From Ranitomeya imitator (taxonomy: Eukaryota): 64,000 nt of DNA. The translations under genes were made by a program, and so were the position numbers. The notes beneath the pieces are model-generated. The model made no database searches, had not been told where the DNA came from, and saw only the letters and a program-made list of their open reading frames with translations. The stretch is from positions 24,614,001 through 24,678,000 of the forward strand of contig NC_091289.1 of assembly GCF_032444005.1 (NCBI RefSeq). Reading direction: 5' to 3'. Positions 50,464 through 61,460 of the stretch are shown piece by piece (the stretch's first letter is position 1; each line of letters starts with the position of its first letter).

Positions 50464-51952
50464 AGCTGACTTAGCAGAGCTGAGTTTGTGAACTGGCACA
50501 GGACTGCAGGTAACCGTACTAAGTTATACTAATTTAGAAATAAACACGATAGATAGGTTGTAGAGATGAGATGAACAGGTCGGATCTACATATTAGGAGT
50601 GAGGTTAATAGATCTGCACTAGATAGATTGATTTGATGTAGATCGATATTAAGCAAAGCATAATAATAATAGACGATACACGGATGTTAGATGAATATGA
50701 GCCAGATATGATTAGCTGGGTAATGGATATGTTCTTTTCAGAGATAAGATAGATATAGGCTGGATAGAAGGCAGATCCGCATAGAACATAAATGTTGGTG
50801 AATGTGTCAGTTTATATAACAGAAGGATGCATTGATTGTACTTTGTTGCTCCATTATTTGCAGGGGGGCTGTAGTTGATTTGCTGGGGGCGGTGGACTGT
50901 GACCTGCTCCACATAGAGATTCATCTTTTTTGGCTTTTGTTTGGAGCCCAGCGCCCTGCCCCGTCCTCAGGACCCACTTTACCTTTTCTCTATGGGACAG
51001 AATAATGACAAGATAATTATTCACAGCAGATGCCCTCCTTCTCCGCAGAGCCAGCTCCAGTTTAGCATATTCCATTTATTTCGCGTCCATTTGACTTGGG
51101 GCTCAGGCGTCCAGACACCATTGTGCCTCATTCATCATTTCTTTATCAATTTAAATGCTTCCTCTCATTTATAATTGTGGGGCTTTTTTTTTTTTATTTT
51201 ACCCCCAGTGGGAGGACACCGTAACCGATAAAGTTACTAAGGTCTATTTCAACAAGAAGAGTCTCACATTACCATAATTATTGATTTAATCATTGATTTG
51301 CCCTCATCTGTAACATAGAGATGTAGCAGAGCTGAATGCGTTTTTCTTCTTTACAGCTGCGTCATTTGTGTATCGTAGTAACTAAACATGTTACCTGCAG
51401 TCCTATGTAAAAGTGGCGTTTTACGATACGTTGTGCCTGATTACAAACTCGACTCTGTAGATTAATTGACATTACTCTCTACCGCATCCTGCAAGCTAAA
51501 CACTGCTGGATCTGTCAAAACAGGGGTGTTAGTAGTTATAGAAAATACCTGGGGCGCCATTAGACAATGGCAGAGGTGGAGGAGGAAGATATAATTGAAT
51601 GTAGTTATTATTGGCAAAATACCCAGGGCGCTGATGCCAGGAGCTGGCGATGCCACCTAGCCCACTCAGCAGAGCTGTTCCTTACAAAGTCAGCACAGCT
51701 ATATCTTGGGTGCACTCTCTTTTTTTTACTGTATAAGTGTCATTGCTTCAGTGTTTGCCTCCTAGTAACAGAGTAAACTGAGCCTAATGGTATCCCATTT
51801 GTTTGCACAGATGGGTCGGTATTAAATGACTTGACACTATGGACACTAGTCAAAACTTCATCCTAGTTAGCAAATGTGACTCTCTTTTGATACTCAAGAC
51901 CCAGTCCCTTTGCTATGGTCTAGTATAGTAATGTATTTGTAGTAGGGTCTGA

Positions 51953-53920
51953 AGGTTGGGCAGGTTCTGGAGATTTCTGGAGATTTGGCAGATAGTGGGC
52001 AGTAGGTTGGAGATTTCCGGGAGAGGTCTGCACGTTCAGCAGATTTTTGTAGGCTATTTTCAGGTTGGGTTAAGCAGTTTATGTAGGAAGTCTGTAGGTT
52101 GGGCAGATCGTGTAGGGATCTGTAGATTGGGAAGATTGTGTAGGGGTCTGCAGGTTGGACAGTTTGTGTATGGGGTCTATTGGGTGGGAAGATTGTGTCA
52201 GGGTCTTTAGGTAGAGAAGATTTTTTTTTAGGGGTTTGTAGGTTGGGCAGACACTGAACAGGATCTGTAGGTTGGGCAGACGTTGTAGGGATCTGTAGGT
52301 TGGGAAGATTGTGTTAGGATCTGTAGATTGGGAGGATTTTTTCTCGGTCTCTAGGTTGAGCAGATTGTTTAGGGGTCTGTAGGTTGGGCAGATAATGTAG
52401 AGATCTGTAGGTTGGGAAGATTGTGTTAGGGTCTGTAGGTTGGGAGGATTGTGTTGGGGTCTCTAGGTTGAGCAGATTGTTTAGGGGTCTGTAGTTTGGG
52501 CAGATAATGTAGAGATCTGTAGGTTGGGAAGATTGTGTTAGGGTCTGTAGGTTGGGAGGATTGTGTCGGGGTCTTTAGGTAGAGAATATTGTTTAGGGGT
52601 CTGTAGGTTGGGCAGATACAGTAGGGATCTGAAGGTTGGGAAGATTGTGTTAGGGTCTGTAGGTTGGGAGGATTGTGTTGGGGTCTCTAGGTTGAGCAGA
52701 TTGTTTAGGGATCTGTAGGTTGGGCAGATAATGTAGGCTTCTGTGTCGTGGTTTGTAGGTTGAGCAGATTGTGTAGGGATCTGCAGTTTGGGAGGAATGT
52801 GTCAGGGTCTCTAGGTTGGGCAAATAGTGTAAGGGTCTGTAGGTTGGGCAGATTGTTTAGGGGTTTGTAGGTTGGGTAGATAGTGTAGGGATATGTTGGT
52901 TGAGCAATTTGTGTTGGGGTCTGTAGATTGGGCAGATTGTGTTGAGGTCTGTAGGTTGGGAGGATTGGGTCGGGGTCTCTAGGTTGAGCAGATTGTTTAG
53001 TGGTTTGTAGGTTGGGCAAATAGTGTAGGCGTCTGTGTCGGGGTTTGTAGGTTGGGAAGATAATGTAGGGATATCTTGGCTGAGCAAATTGTCGGTTTCT
53101 GTAGGTCGGGCAGCCTCTGTAGAGGTATCTATATTGTGTAGTGGCTCAATTAAAATTCAAATGAGCTTTATTGGCAGGACTAAGTACATGTTAGCATTGC
53201 CAAAGCAAATGGTAAAATAGGGGGACAGGGGTAGGGAGGCATATAGAGGTCCAGGATATATCAGACTCCTTTTAGAAGATAGGGGCATGTCCAGGGTGGG
53301 GTATAGGAGTCCATGATATACCGGCTCTCTAGGTTGGGCTGATTTTGGAGGAGTCTGTAGGTTTGGTATTTTCTATAGGCGTCTGTTGCTTGGGCAGATT
53401 CCGTAGGGTGTTTCCAGGATGGGCAGATTTTGGCGGGGTGTGTTGCTTGTCTAGTTTGTGTAGAGGGTCATGTAGGTTGGGAAGATTTTTAAGGAATCTA
53501 TAGGTAACGAAGATTCTAGAGAGGTCTGTAGGTTTTATATCTTCTGTCGTGGTTTATAGCTTGGATAGATTCTTTAGGGCGTTTCCAGAATGGGTTGATT
53601 TTGGAGGGGTGTGTAGCTTGTTTAGTTTATGTAGGGTATCTGTAGATTGGGCAGATTATGTAGGAATCTGTAGGTTGGTTAGAAACAATAGGGGTCTGTA
53701 GGTTGGATAGATTGGATATATTCTGTAGGATTCTGTAGCTTGGGCAGATTCTGTAGGGTGTTTCCAGAATGGGCAGATCCTGGAAAGGTGTGTTGCTTGT
53801 TTAGTTTATGTAGGGGGTCTACAGGTTGGAAAAATTCTTGAGGAGTCTATAGCTTTCACAGGTTCTGGAGGGGTCTGTAGTTTGGGCACATTCTGGAGGG
53901 GGGTATGTAGGATGGGTGGT
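51953..53920. repeat. G/T-rich ~28-bp satellite with a 112-bp higher-order repeat in its core
   Basis: Monomer ~GGTCTGTAGGTTGGGCAGATTGTGTAGG; variant unit recurs at 52351, 52463, 52575, 52687; flanks more diverged. Confidence 0.9.
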
Positions 53921-54059
53921 AGAATGGCAGATCCTGCTCAAGAAGGATGTAAGTCTTAAGTATTGGTTCTTTTTACATTTGTAGCTTTGACAAAAATTAA
54001 AAAAAAAATATCCAAAAATGAAATGAATCCTTTGTAGATGAAGCCCAGGAGGAGTTGAT

Positions 54060-55900
54060 TTAGAAGTGGTACATTACATAAGGAAATGTATCCCATGTGT
54101 TCCGAACATTTCAAGGAAAACAATGAAAGGAAACCATTTCATCCAGTATGTGAATAATTACACGGACCAATTTTCTGATCAAAAGATAACCTGTAAACTC
54201 GATGCCATGTCCATATTAACGTTACTCCGGGAACTCCTGCTGAGAATCTCAGACACGCAGGGTAAATCGTTTCATGCCCGCCTGTCTGTTCCAAATCACT
54301 GGAAATATGCGATATCCCGTAAAATAGGCATTTCACTTTCCCCTTTCTATACTGTAACTCCTCGTAGTTTTGCTTGGCTTTAAAATCGTAGGATTATACA
54401 AAAAAATAAAAAATACCTATATAATCCACCATCGTATGGAATATTTTGGAGGATAGTTTTTGTTCCCCTCCCTTATCTTTGATTATATTTGCATGCTTGG
54501 CATATGCACATAGTTTTGTAAATTTATTGTTGTCTTTCTGTCTTTGTTTTATATTTTATATATTGTTTTGTTTTATTTTATTTCTAGTGGTCTTGCTTTG
54601 GGCTATTGAGCACTGCCCTTCCTATCTTTACCTTTCCCATATGTTTGCCTTGTGGTATTATTTAATTGCTTAAACCCCCCACTAGATCTATTAGAGGGCT
54701 GACTCATTCATTATAGATCATTCTTTTTATAAGGTTTCCCCCCTTCTACTTTTTTTTGTTAAACAGTTATTATTTCTTTTATTTTTGTTTACATTTTTAA
54801 TATATTATTAAGCGGATTTATTTATTTTACTTTTTTTTTTTTTTTTACATATATACTTTGTGTTATTTTTGATTTACCGCCTCCATGGGAAATTATTTAC
54901 GAGACCCAATTCTATTAACATAATTATTCATAAACCCATAAGTGACGTCTAAAAAGACGTAATTAATTGTGGTGCGTGATGATGATTTGACAATGTGTTA
55001 TCTGGTAGACGTCCTATCTTTGTGTCTTTCCGTCCATTTTTTACTAAGGTAACACGTGCAATGGGAAAGAATTTCTTGGTAATTAATTCCTCGTTAACAG
55101 CTGGAATGTGCAAGAGCCAAAACAATGACCTTTCTAATTAGGCAATTAAAAGTATCCAGCTGGTCATCCCTCATTTATGCTTTGGCTTTAGTAGCGCTAT
55201 ATTGACTCGAAAGTCCCAGAGTGATATCCGTCTTGGGGGAAATAAAGACAAATGATGAATATTGCACCCGGGCACATCTGTGTTGGGTCCCATTGACTCT
55301 ATTTTATGTATATTGTACCATCATGTGCCCTCATTCGTCTTCCTATTGTACCATCATGTGCCCTCATTCGTCTTCTTCCTTCGGGGTCCACTCCTCAACC
55401 AACAGTGTTTTTTGAGGACGTATGAATCCCTTACAAATGTTGCACTGGTTTCATATCCCCCTTCCCCCAGCTTAGGGTAACAGCCTTAACCAGTAAGCCA
55501 AAGTATTGAATCGAAGTCTTCCTTTAGGATGAGGTTTAACAAGCTGGTTACACAACGTTTCATGGCTTCCTTCATTGCTGATTACATAGGATTCCTGTAA
55601 ACAACCCTTTTATTGGAGTCTCCATATAGCGTTATAAAGGATTTATGGATATCCGATGCAAATGTTGGTTTATTGGTCGCCTGGGTTTGTGCTGATGAGC
55701 CATTGAAAGGCTAAAGAAGTTGTTGACCAAGCCGGGGAGATAAATCTATCTGGTGATGTCTCATTCGACCTCTTGTATGACCCTAGTGCCTATCAAAATG
55801 GTGAGAGCACCCCAATAGATTTTGCCGGTTTTGGGGAAGGAATAACCAGTTTTTACATAAAAGCAATAACCCGAATACTGTGTGCCATTATATATGATAT
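54060..55900. pseudogene. Possible highly decayed Penelope-like element fragments in opposite orientations
   Basis: Only faint motifs: plus YIRKCIPC...RKT and EHF; minus IHKSFITLYGD...KRCVTSLLNLI and CNICK; many stops and frameshifts. Confidence 0.25.
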
Positions 55901-56051
55901 AATACGTATTACGCTGGAACAATAGATGTAGCACAGCTCCTTCCCCGGAGAGGAGGAGATGCGGACAGAACCTAATCTCTGTGCTTTCATGCCTTAGCTA
56001 GGACTCCAGCAACAGCCAGAGCTGCCATCTGTTATAAAGTGCTTATTTAAG

Positions 56052-57670
56052 GAGATGACTCTGCTGACCACATACTCTGAGGATAATGAGATGACTCTGC
56101 TGCCCATGTCCTATAATGATAATGAGGTGACTCTGCTGGTCACATACTCTAATGATAATGAGGTGACTCTGCTGATCATGTCCTCTAATGATAATGAGGT
56201 GACTCTGCTGATCATGTCCTCTAATGATAATGAGATGACTCTGCTGACCATGTCCTTGAATGATAGAGATGACTCTGCTGATCAAATCCTCTACTGATGA
56301 GGTGACTCTGCTGATCACATCCTCTAATGATAACGAGATGACTCTGCTGACCACGTCCTCTAATGATGAGATGACTCTGCTGACCACGTCGTCTAATGAT
56401 AATGTGATGACTCTGCTGATCACGTCCTTGAATGATAATGAGATGACTGTGCTGATCATATCCTCTATTGATAATGAGATGACAATGCTGATCACATCCT
56501 CTAATGATAATGAGATGACTCTGCTCACCACATACTCTGAGGATAATGAGATGACTGCTGATCACACCCTCTAATGATAATGAGATGACTCTGCTGATCA
56601 CATCCTCTAATGATAATGAGATTACTCTGCTGACCACGTCCTCTAATGATAATGAGATTACTCTGCTGACCACGTCCTTGAATAATAATTACATGACTGC
56701 TGACCACGCCCTCTAATGATGAGATGACTCTGATGACTTTGCTGATCACATCCTCTAATGAGAAGATGACTCTGCTGATCACATCCTCTAATGAGAAGAT
56801 GACTCTGCTGATCACATCCTGTAATGATAAAGAGAGAACTCTGCTGACAGAGTCCTCTAATGATAGAGATGACTTTGCTGACCACATCCTCTCATGATAA
56901 TGAGGTGACTCTGCTGACCACATCCTTGAATAATAATGACATGACTCTGCTGACAACATCCTCTAATGATAATGAGTTGACTGCTGATCACGTCCTTCAA
57001 TAATAATGACATGACTCTGCTGACCACCTCCTCTAATGATGAGATGACTCTGATGACTCTGCTGATCACATCCTCTAATGATAATGAGATGACTTTGCTG
57101 GTCACAATTTCTCATTACAATGAGATGACTCTGCTGACTTCATTCTGTAATGATAATGAGATGACTCTGCTGGTCACCTCCTCTAATGATAATGAATGAG
57201 TCTGCTGATGACGTTTTCTCATTGTAATGAGGTGACTCTGCTGGTCACGTTTTCTCATAATGATATGACTCTGCTGATCACTTTTTTTCATGATAATGAG
57301 ATGCCTCTGCTGACTGCATTCTCTAATGATAATGAGATGACTCTGCTGGTCGCATCCTCTATTGATAATGAATGACTCTGCTGATCACGTTTTTTCTAAT
57401 TTTAATGAGGTGACTCTGCTGATCACATCATCTAATGATAATGAGGTGACTCTTCTGATCACTTCCTCTAATGATAATGAGGTGACTCTGCTGATCACAT
57501 CCTTTAGGGATGAGATGACTCTGCTGATCACATTTTCTCATGATAATGAGGTGACTCTGCGAATCACGTTTTTTCATTATAATGAGATGACTCTAACTAC
57601 ATCCTCTAATGATAATGAGATGACTCTGCTGGTCACATCCTGCAGTAATAAAGAGACGACTCTGGAGATC
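56052..57670. repeat. 36-bp minisatellite (with 33-bp variants), ~45 copies
   Basis: Unit GAGATGACTCTGCTGATCACATCCTCTAATGATAAT. Confidence 0.95.
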
Positions 57671-58763
57671 CTGTACTGTGCTACACAGCAAAGCTGACAA
57701 GTGAGTTGCATAAAGCAGGGAGTGTCATCTTACTTTGTGAACTCCATTACCCGGTGTGTAAATTGCAATATAATGTCCTTCATTCTGAGATGCCCATGTT
57801 ACATAATGAGGCCTGCAGTCCTCTATAAATCAACCATCGGTGATGGACGTGTAATAAAATCTTGATTCCGTATGTATAATGGCGATGACGCACGGTGAAG
57901 ACCTCGTTCTGGATTGTGGTATTATTGATCTGCGTCATAGTGGGAATCCTCTCCTCTTTATTCTTCTTTAGTTCTTCTTTTCCTTTACTTCTCTATAATC
58001 GATCGATGAGGCTGCAATGTGCAGTTTTCTCTATAAATGTTAACAATGCAGCTATTGTCGTGGCCCTGACTCATGCAAAACAGAAGAACTTACTGCTATC
58101 CTACCGCTAATATAGCGCCCACAGTGATTCCTACATGAAATCTGGGTCACATGCACTGGATCCAGCATTGGAATTGATTTCTATTTTTTCTGTAGCCCAA
58201 AATGCGTCGGGGGATCTTGAATTTTTGCAAAGTTTTGTTCCAAGTTACAGTATTATAGAGGTAAACAAAGCAGAAAAGAAGAAATGTCTTAGAACAGACT
58301 GTGCTGGAATCCATGGCAACTAATCAGTGTTCTGGGTTGATAAATCTACTGCCAATGTCTTTTGTGATGATATTAAAGGGATGGAACGTAAAACGTGTTA
58401 TGTATTGTTTTCATTTTTTTATGGACTTTGTGGATTTTTCAGTTTCAAAAGGGTAATTCTGTAAGTCAGACATTGCATGGCCTTGTGAAGCCGCCCATAC
58501 ACCTTTAATAGTTGACGGATAATTGCTTATTCACCCAACGGGTATACCTCCCCACGACCCCATTGGTTTACCAAATGGGGAAAGGAAGTAAGACTCTGTC
58601 GGACACCTCTGGCATCAGAGGGATTCAGTGTTGAAATTCAGCATGTTGTATTCTTCATTCCTCCAGCATCATTTGTATGGGGACATTTGTACAGGTCCAC
58701 GCTGGGGTAAAGAGTCCTCTGATGATGGGTGAGGTCGGCGCATATGTGGCTTCTGCCATGATG

Positions 58764-59282
58764 ATTATTATTATTATACATTTTTATAGCGCCTTTTATT
58801 CCATGGCGCTTTACATGTGAACAGGGCAAATATAGAGAAGTTCAATAAACATGAGTAAAACAAGGCAAACACAAGTACAGGAGGAGAGAGGACCCTGCCC
58901 GCGAGGGCTCACAGTCTACAGGGGATGGGTGAGGATACACTAGGTGAGGGTAAAGCTGATCATGTGGAGGTTCAGTAGACTGGGGATCGTTGTAGGCTTG
59001 TAGGAAGAGGTGGGTCTTCAGGTTCCTTTTGAAGGTTTCTGTGGTAGGCGAGCGCCTGATGAGTTGTGGTAGAGAGTTCCAGAGTATAGTGGAAGCACGG
59101 GAGAAGTCTTGGATGCGGTTGTGGGAGGAAGAGATGAGAGTGGAGTAGATAAAATAAAATAATCTTTATTTTTATATAGCGCTAACATATTCCGCAGCGC
59201 TTTACAGTTTTTGCACACATTATCATCACTGTCCCCGACGGGCTCACAATCTAAATTCCCTATCAGTATGCCTTTGGAATGT

Positions 59283-59313
<31 letters not shown>

Positions 59314-59912
59314 ACGCAAACACGGAGAGAACATACAAACTCTTTGCAGATGTTGTCCTGGGTGGGATTAGAACCCAGGACCCCAGCGCTGCAAGGCTGC
59401 TGTGCTATCCACTGCGCCACCGTGCTGCCCTAGAGTAGAGTAGATGAGGAGATCATGAGATGATCGAAGGTTGCGTGTAGGTAAGTACCGGGAGATGAGG
59501 TCACAGATGTATGGAGGAGTCAGGTTATGGATGGCTTTGTATGTCATTGTTAATGTTTTGAACTGTAGCCTCTGGGCAATAGGAAGCCAGTGAAGGGGCC
59601 TGGCAGAGAGGAGAGGCTGGGGAGTAACGGGGAAGACAGGTAGATTAGTCAGGCAGCAGCGTGTAGGATGGATTGGAGTGGTGCCAGAGTGCTAGAGGGG
59701 AGGCCAGAGAGTAGGAGGTTGCAGTAGTCGAGGCGGGAGATGATAAGGGCATGGCGTTTTTGTGGTTTCGTTGTCAAGGAATGCACGGATCCGGGAAATG
59801 TTTTTGAGTTGGAATTGGCAAGAGGAGGCAAGGGCTTGGATATGTGGCTTGAAAGAGAGGGTAGAGTCAAGGATTACCCCGAGGCATCGAGCGTGCGGGA
59901 CCGGGGAATGAT
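58764..59912 (-). mobile_element. L2 LINE 3' fragment interrupted by a SINE
   Basis: Minus frame HALIISRLDYCNLLLSGLPSSTLAPLQSILHAAA; tail TGTAAAGCGCCATGGAATAAAAGGCGCTAT...(AAT)n. Confidence 0.85.
59151..59430 (-). mobile_element. tRNA-derived V-SINE-type element with L2-derived tail
   Basis: Head GGGCAGCACGGTGGCGCAGTGG (A box), GGTTCTAATCCC (B box); core GTATGTTCTCTCCGTGTTTGCGTGGGTTTCCTCCGGG; L2-like 3' tail; ~14-bp TSD AGAGT(G/A)GAGTAGAT. Confidence 0.88.
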
Positions 59913-60459
59913 TATGTATTAATGTGTTTCACCTGTTAAGTGGGAAAAGCACAGTTATATTTCAGGAACACGACTGAGATGTGATCACAGCACCTAATGC
60001 CCCAGCACAGAATATCGACATTACCCCGTACCAGATCCTGACGGGTATCGCCGCTATGTGCTCATCTATGATCATGCGGGTGGTCTCAAAGAGGATTTCC
60101 ACCCAAATGTAATGGTCTGATTGGACTTTTATCCGAAGTCGTATTGCAAGGCTTGTTAAAAGGTCGATAGTGACTTGTAGGATCGCTGCTTCCAACAGTT
60201 GGCGCTATAGAGTTCATGTCCTCTTCCTCTGAAGAGGTAATTTTCATATTGACTTACACAGATATTCATAATTTTCTGTGTTCAGTCGTTAGTACAAAAG
60301 TGAGAAATCTGATGTCACTTCCAATTTGGTAGAACAGTAAATTCTCATACGCTGATAGATACACGGATAGATGATTATGAAAATATTTTTGTATTAGGAA
60401 ACTGATTCTATCTGCAGTTCTCCTAGGCCAAAAAAAGAGAAAAAAAATGCGGTACACAA

Positions 60460-60692
60460 TAGTGGTCAGCGAACGCTCTCTCAAACATGTTATCCGAGTA
60501 TCTTGAGCGTGCTCAGATAACATATTCGAGTCCCTGCGGCTGCATATTTTGGAAATCCCTGCATGTGTTGGGGCGGTCTAAAACATGCAGCAGCGGGGAC
60601 TCATATATCTTATCTGAGCATGCCCAAGATATTCGGATGTCACACGAGCATGCTCGCGTGACATGTTATCCGAGCACGTTCGCTCAACATTA
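60460..60692. mobile_element. hAT-type MITE, 233 bp
   Basis: TIR TAGTGGTCAGCGAACG / CGTTCGCTCAACATTA; 8-bp flanks GTACACAA / GTACACAT. Confidence 0.75.
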
Positions 60693-61203
60693 GTACACAT
60701 GTTTGGAATAACAACAGCATTTTTCACCCTTTGAGGTAAGAGTGCTGCCTTTTTTAGTTATAAAACTAAAACTGCAGAAAAATCGCAGAAAGAACTGACG
60801 ATATAGTCCCATATATTATGATGAAAATATATAATTTATTGTATTAAACAGGTGCAATAACAAAGGAAACATCAATGATTATAGTAAGGTAAAATTATAT
60901 ACGAACAAGGATGCGCACACAGGAGAGTAAAAAAACAATAAGACTGGGTAGAAAAAGTGCCAAAATTATGTATAAACCATGTATCTAGTATAACACTAGG
61001 TGAAGAGTGTATAAATATGCACACAGATAATAATAGTAATAATACATAAGTAAATCCCAAGTGAAAGGTGACTTACAGTGAAAAAGAGGATCCCTGGCAT
61101 GTGGATGGCGTTCTCCCCAACGCGCGTTTCAGCACGCTGCCTGATGAAGGTTCTCAATAAGCACCAAAACGTGATCTATCTATTACCGTATCTATCATCT
61201 GTC

Positions 61204-61460
61204 TATTATTATTATTATAGCGCCATTTATTCCATGGCGCTTTACATGTGAGGAGGGGTATACATAATAAAATCAAGTACACTAATCTTAAACGATACAA
61301 GTCATAACTGGTACAGGAGGAGTGAGGACCCTGACCGCGAGGGCTCATAATCTACAAGGGATGGGTGAGGATACAGGATAGGGCTGGTCGTGCAGCGGTT
61401 TGGTCGATCTGTGGTTACTGCAGGCTGTAGGCTTGTTGGAAGAGGTGGGTCTTCAGGTTC
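61204..61460 (-). mobile_element. L2 3' end fragment, target of the L1 insertion
   Basis: Similar to 58764-59020 (ATAGCGCC...TTCCATGGCGCTTTACATGTGA...AGAGGTGGGTCTTCAGGTTC), broken at the L1 poly(A). Confidence 0.85.

Noticed and set aside
49754-50491. 245-aa ORF (YLSI repeats)
   Set aside because: Translation of the TATC microsatellite.
50864-51174. Apparent long exon after an acceptor at 50863
   Set aside because: On recount the frame from the acceptor hits a stop near 51003 and does not join the downstream ORF.
55692-55715. Hammerhead-like CTGATGA-GCC...GGC-TAAA
   Set aside because: GAAA core broken and no stem I/III or cleavage triplet; probably chance.
56043-57697. Multiple 60-160-aa repetitive ORFs on both strands
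   Set aside because: Produced by the stop-free 36-bp unit; frameshifted repeatedly, no unique flanking coding sequence.
59350-59430. tRNA gene
   Set aside because: A and B boxes belong to a SINE head continuing into V-SINE core and LINE tail; no complete cloverleaf.
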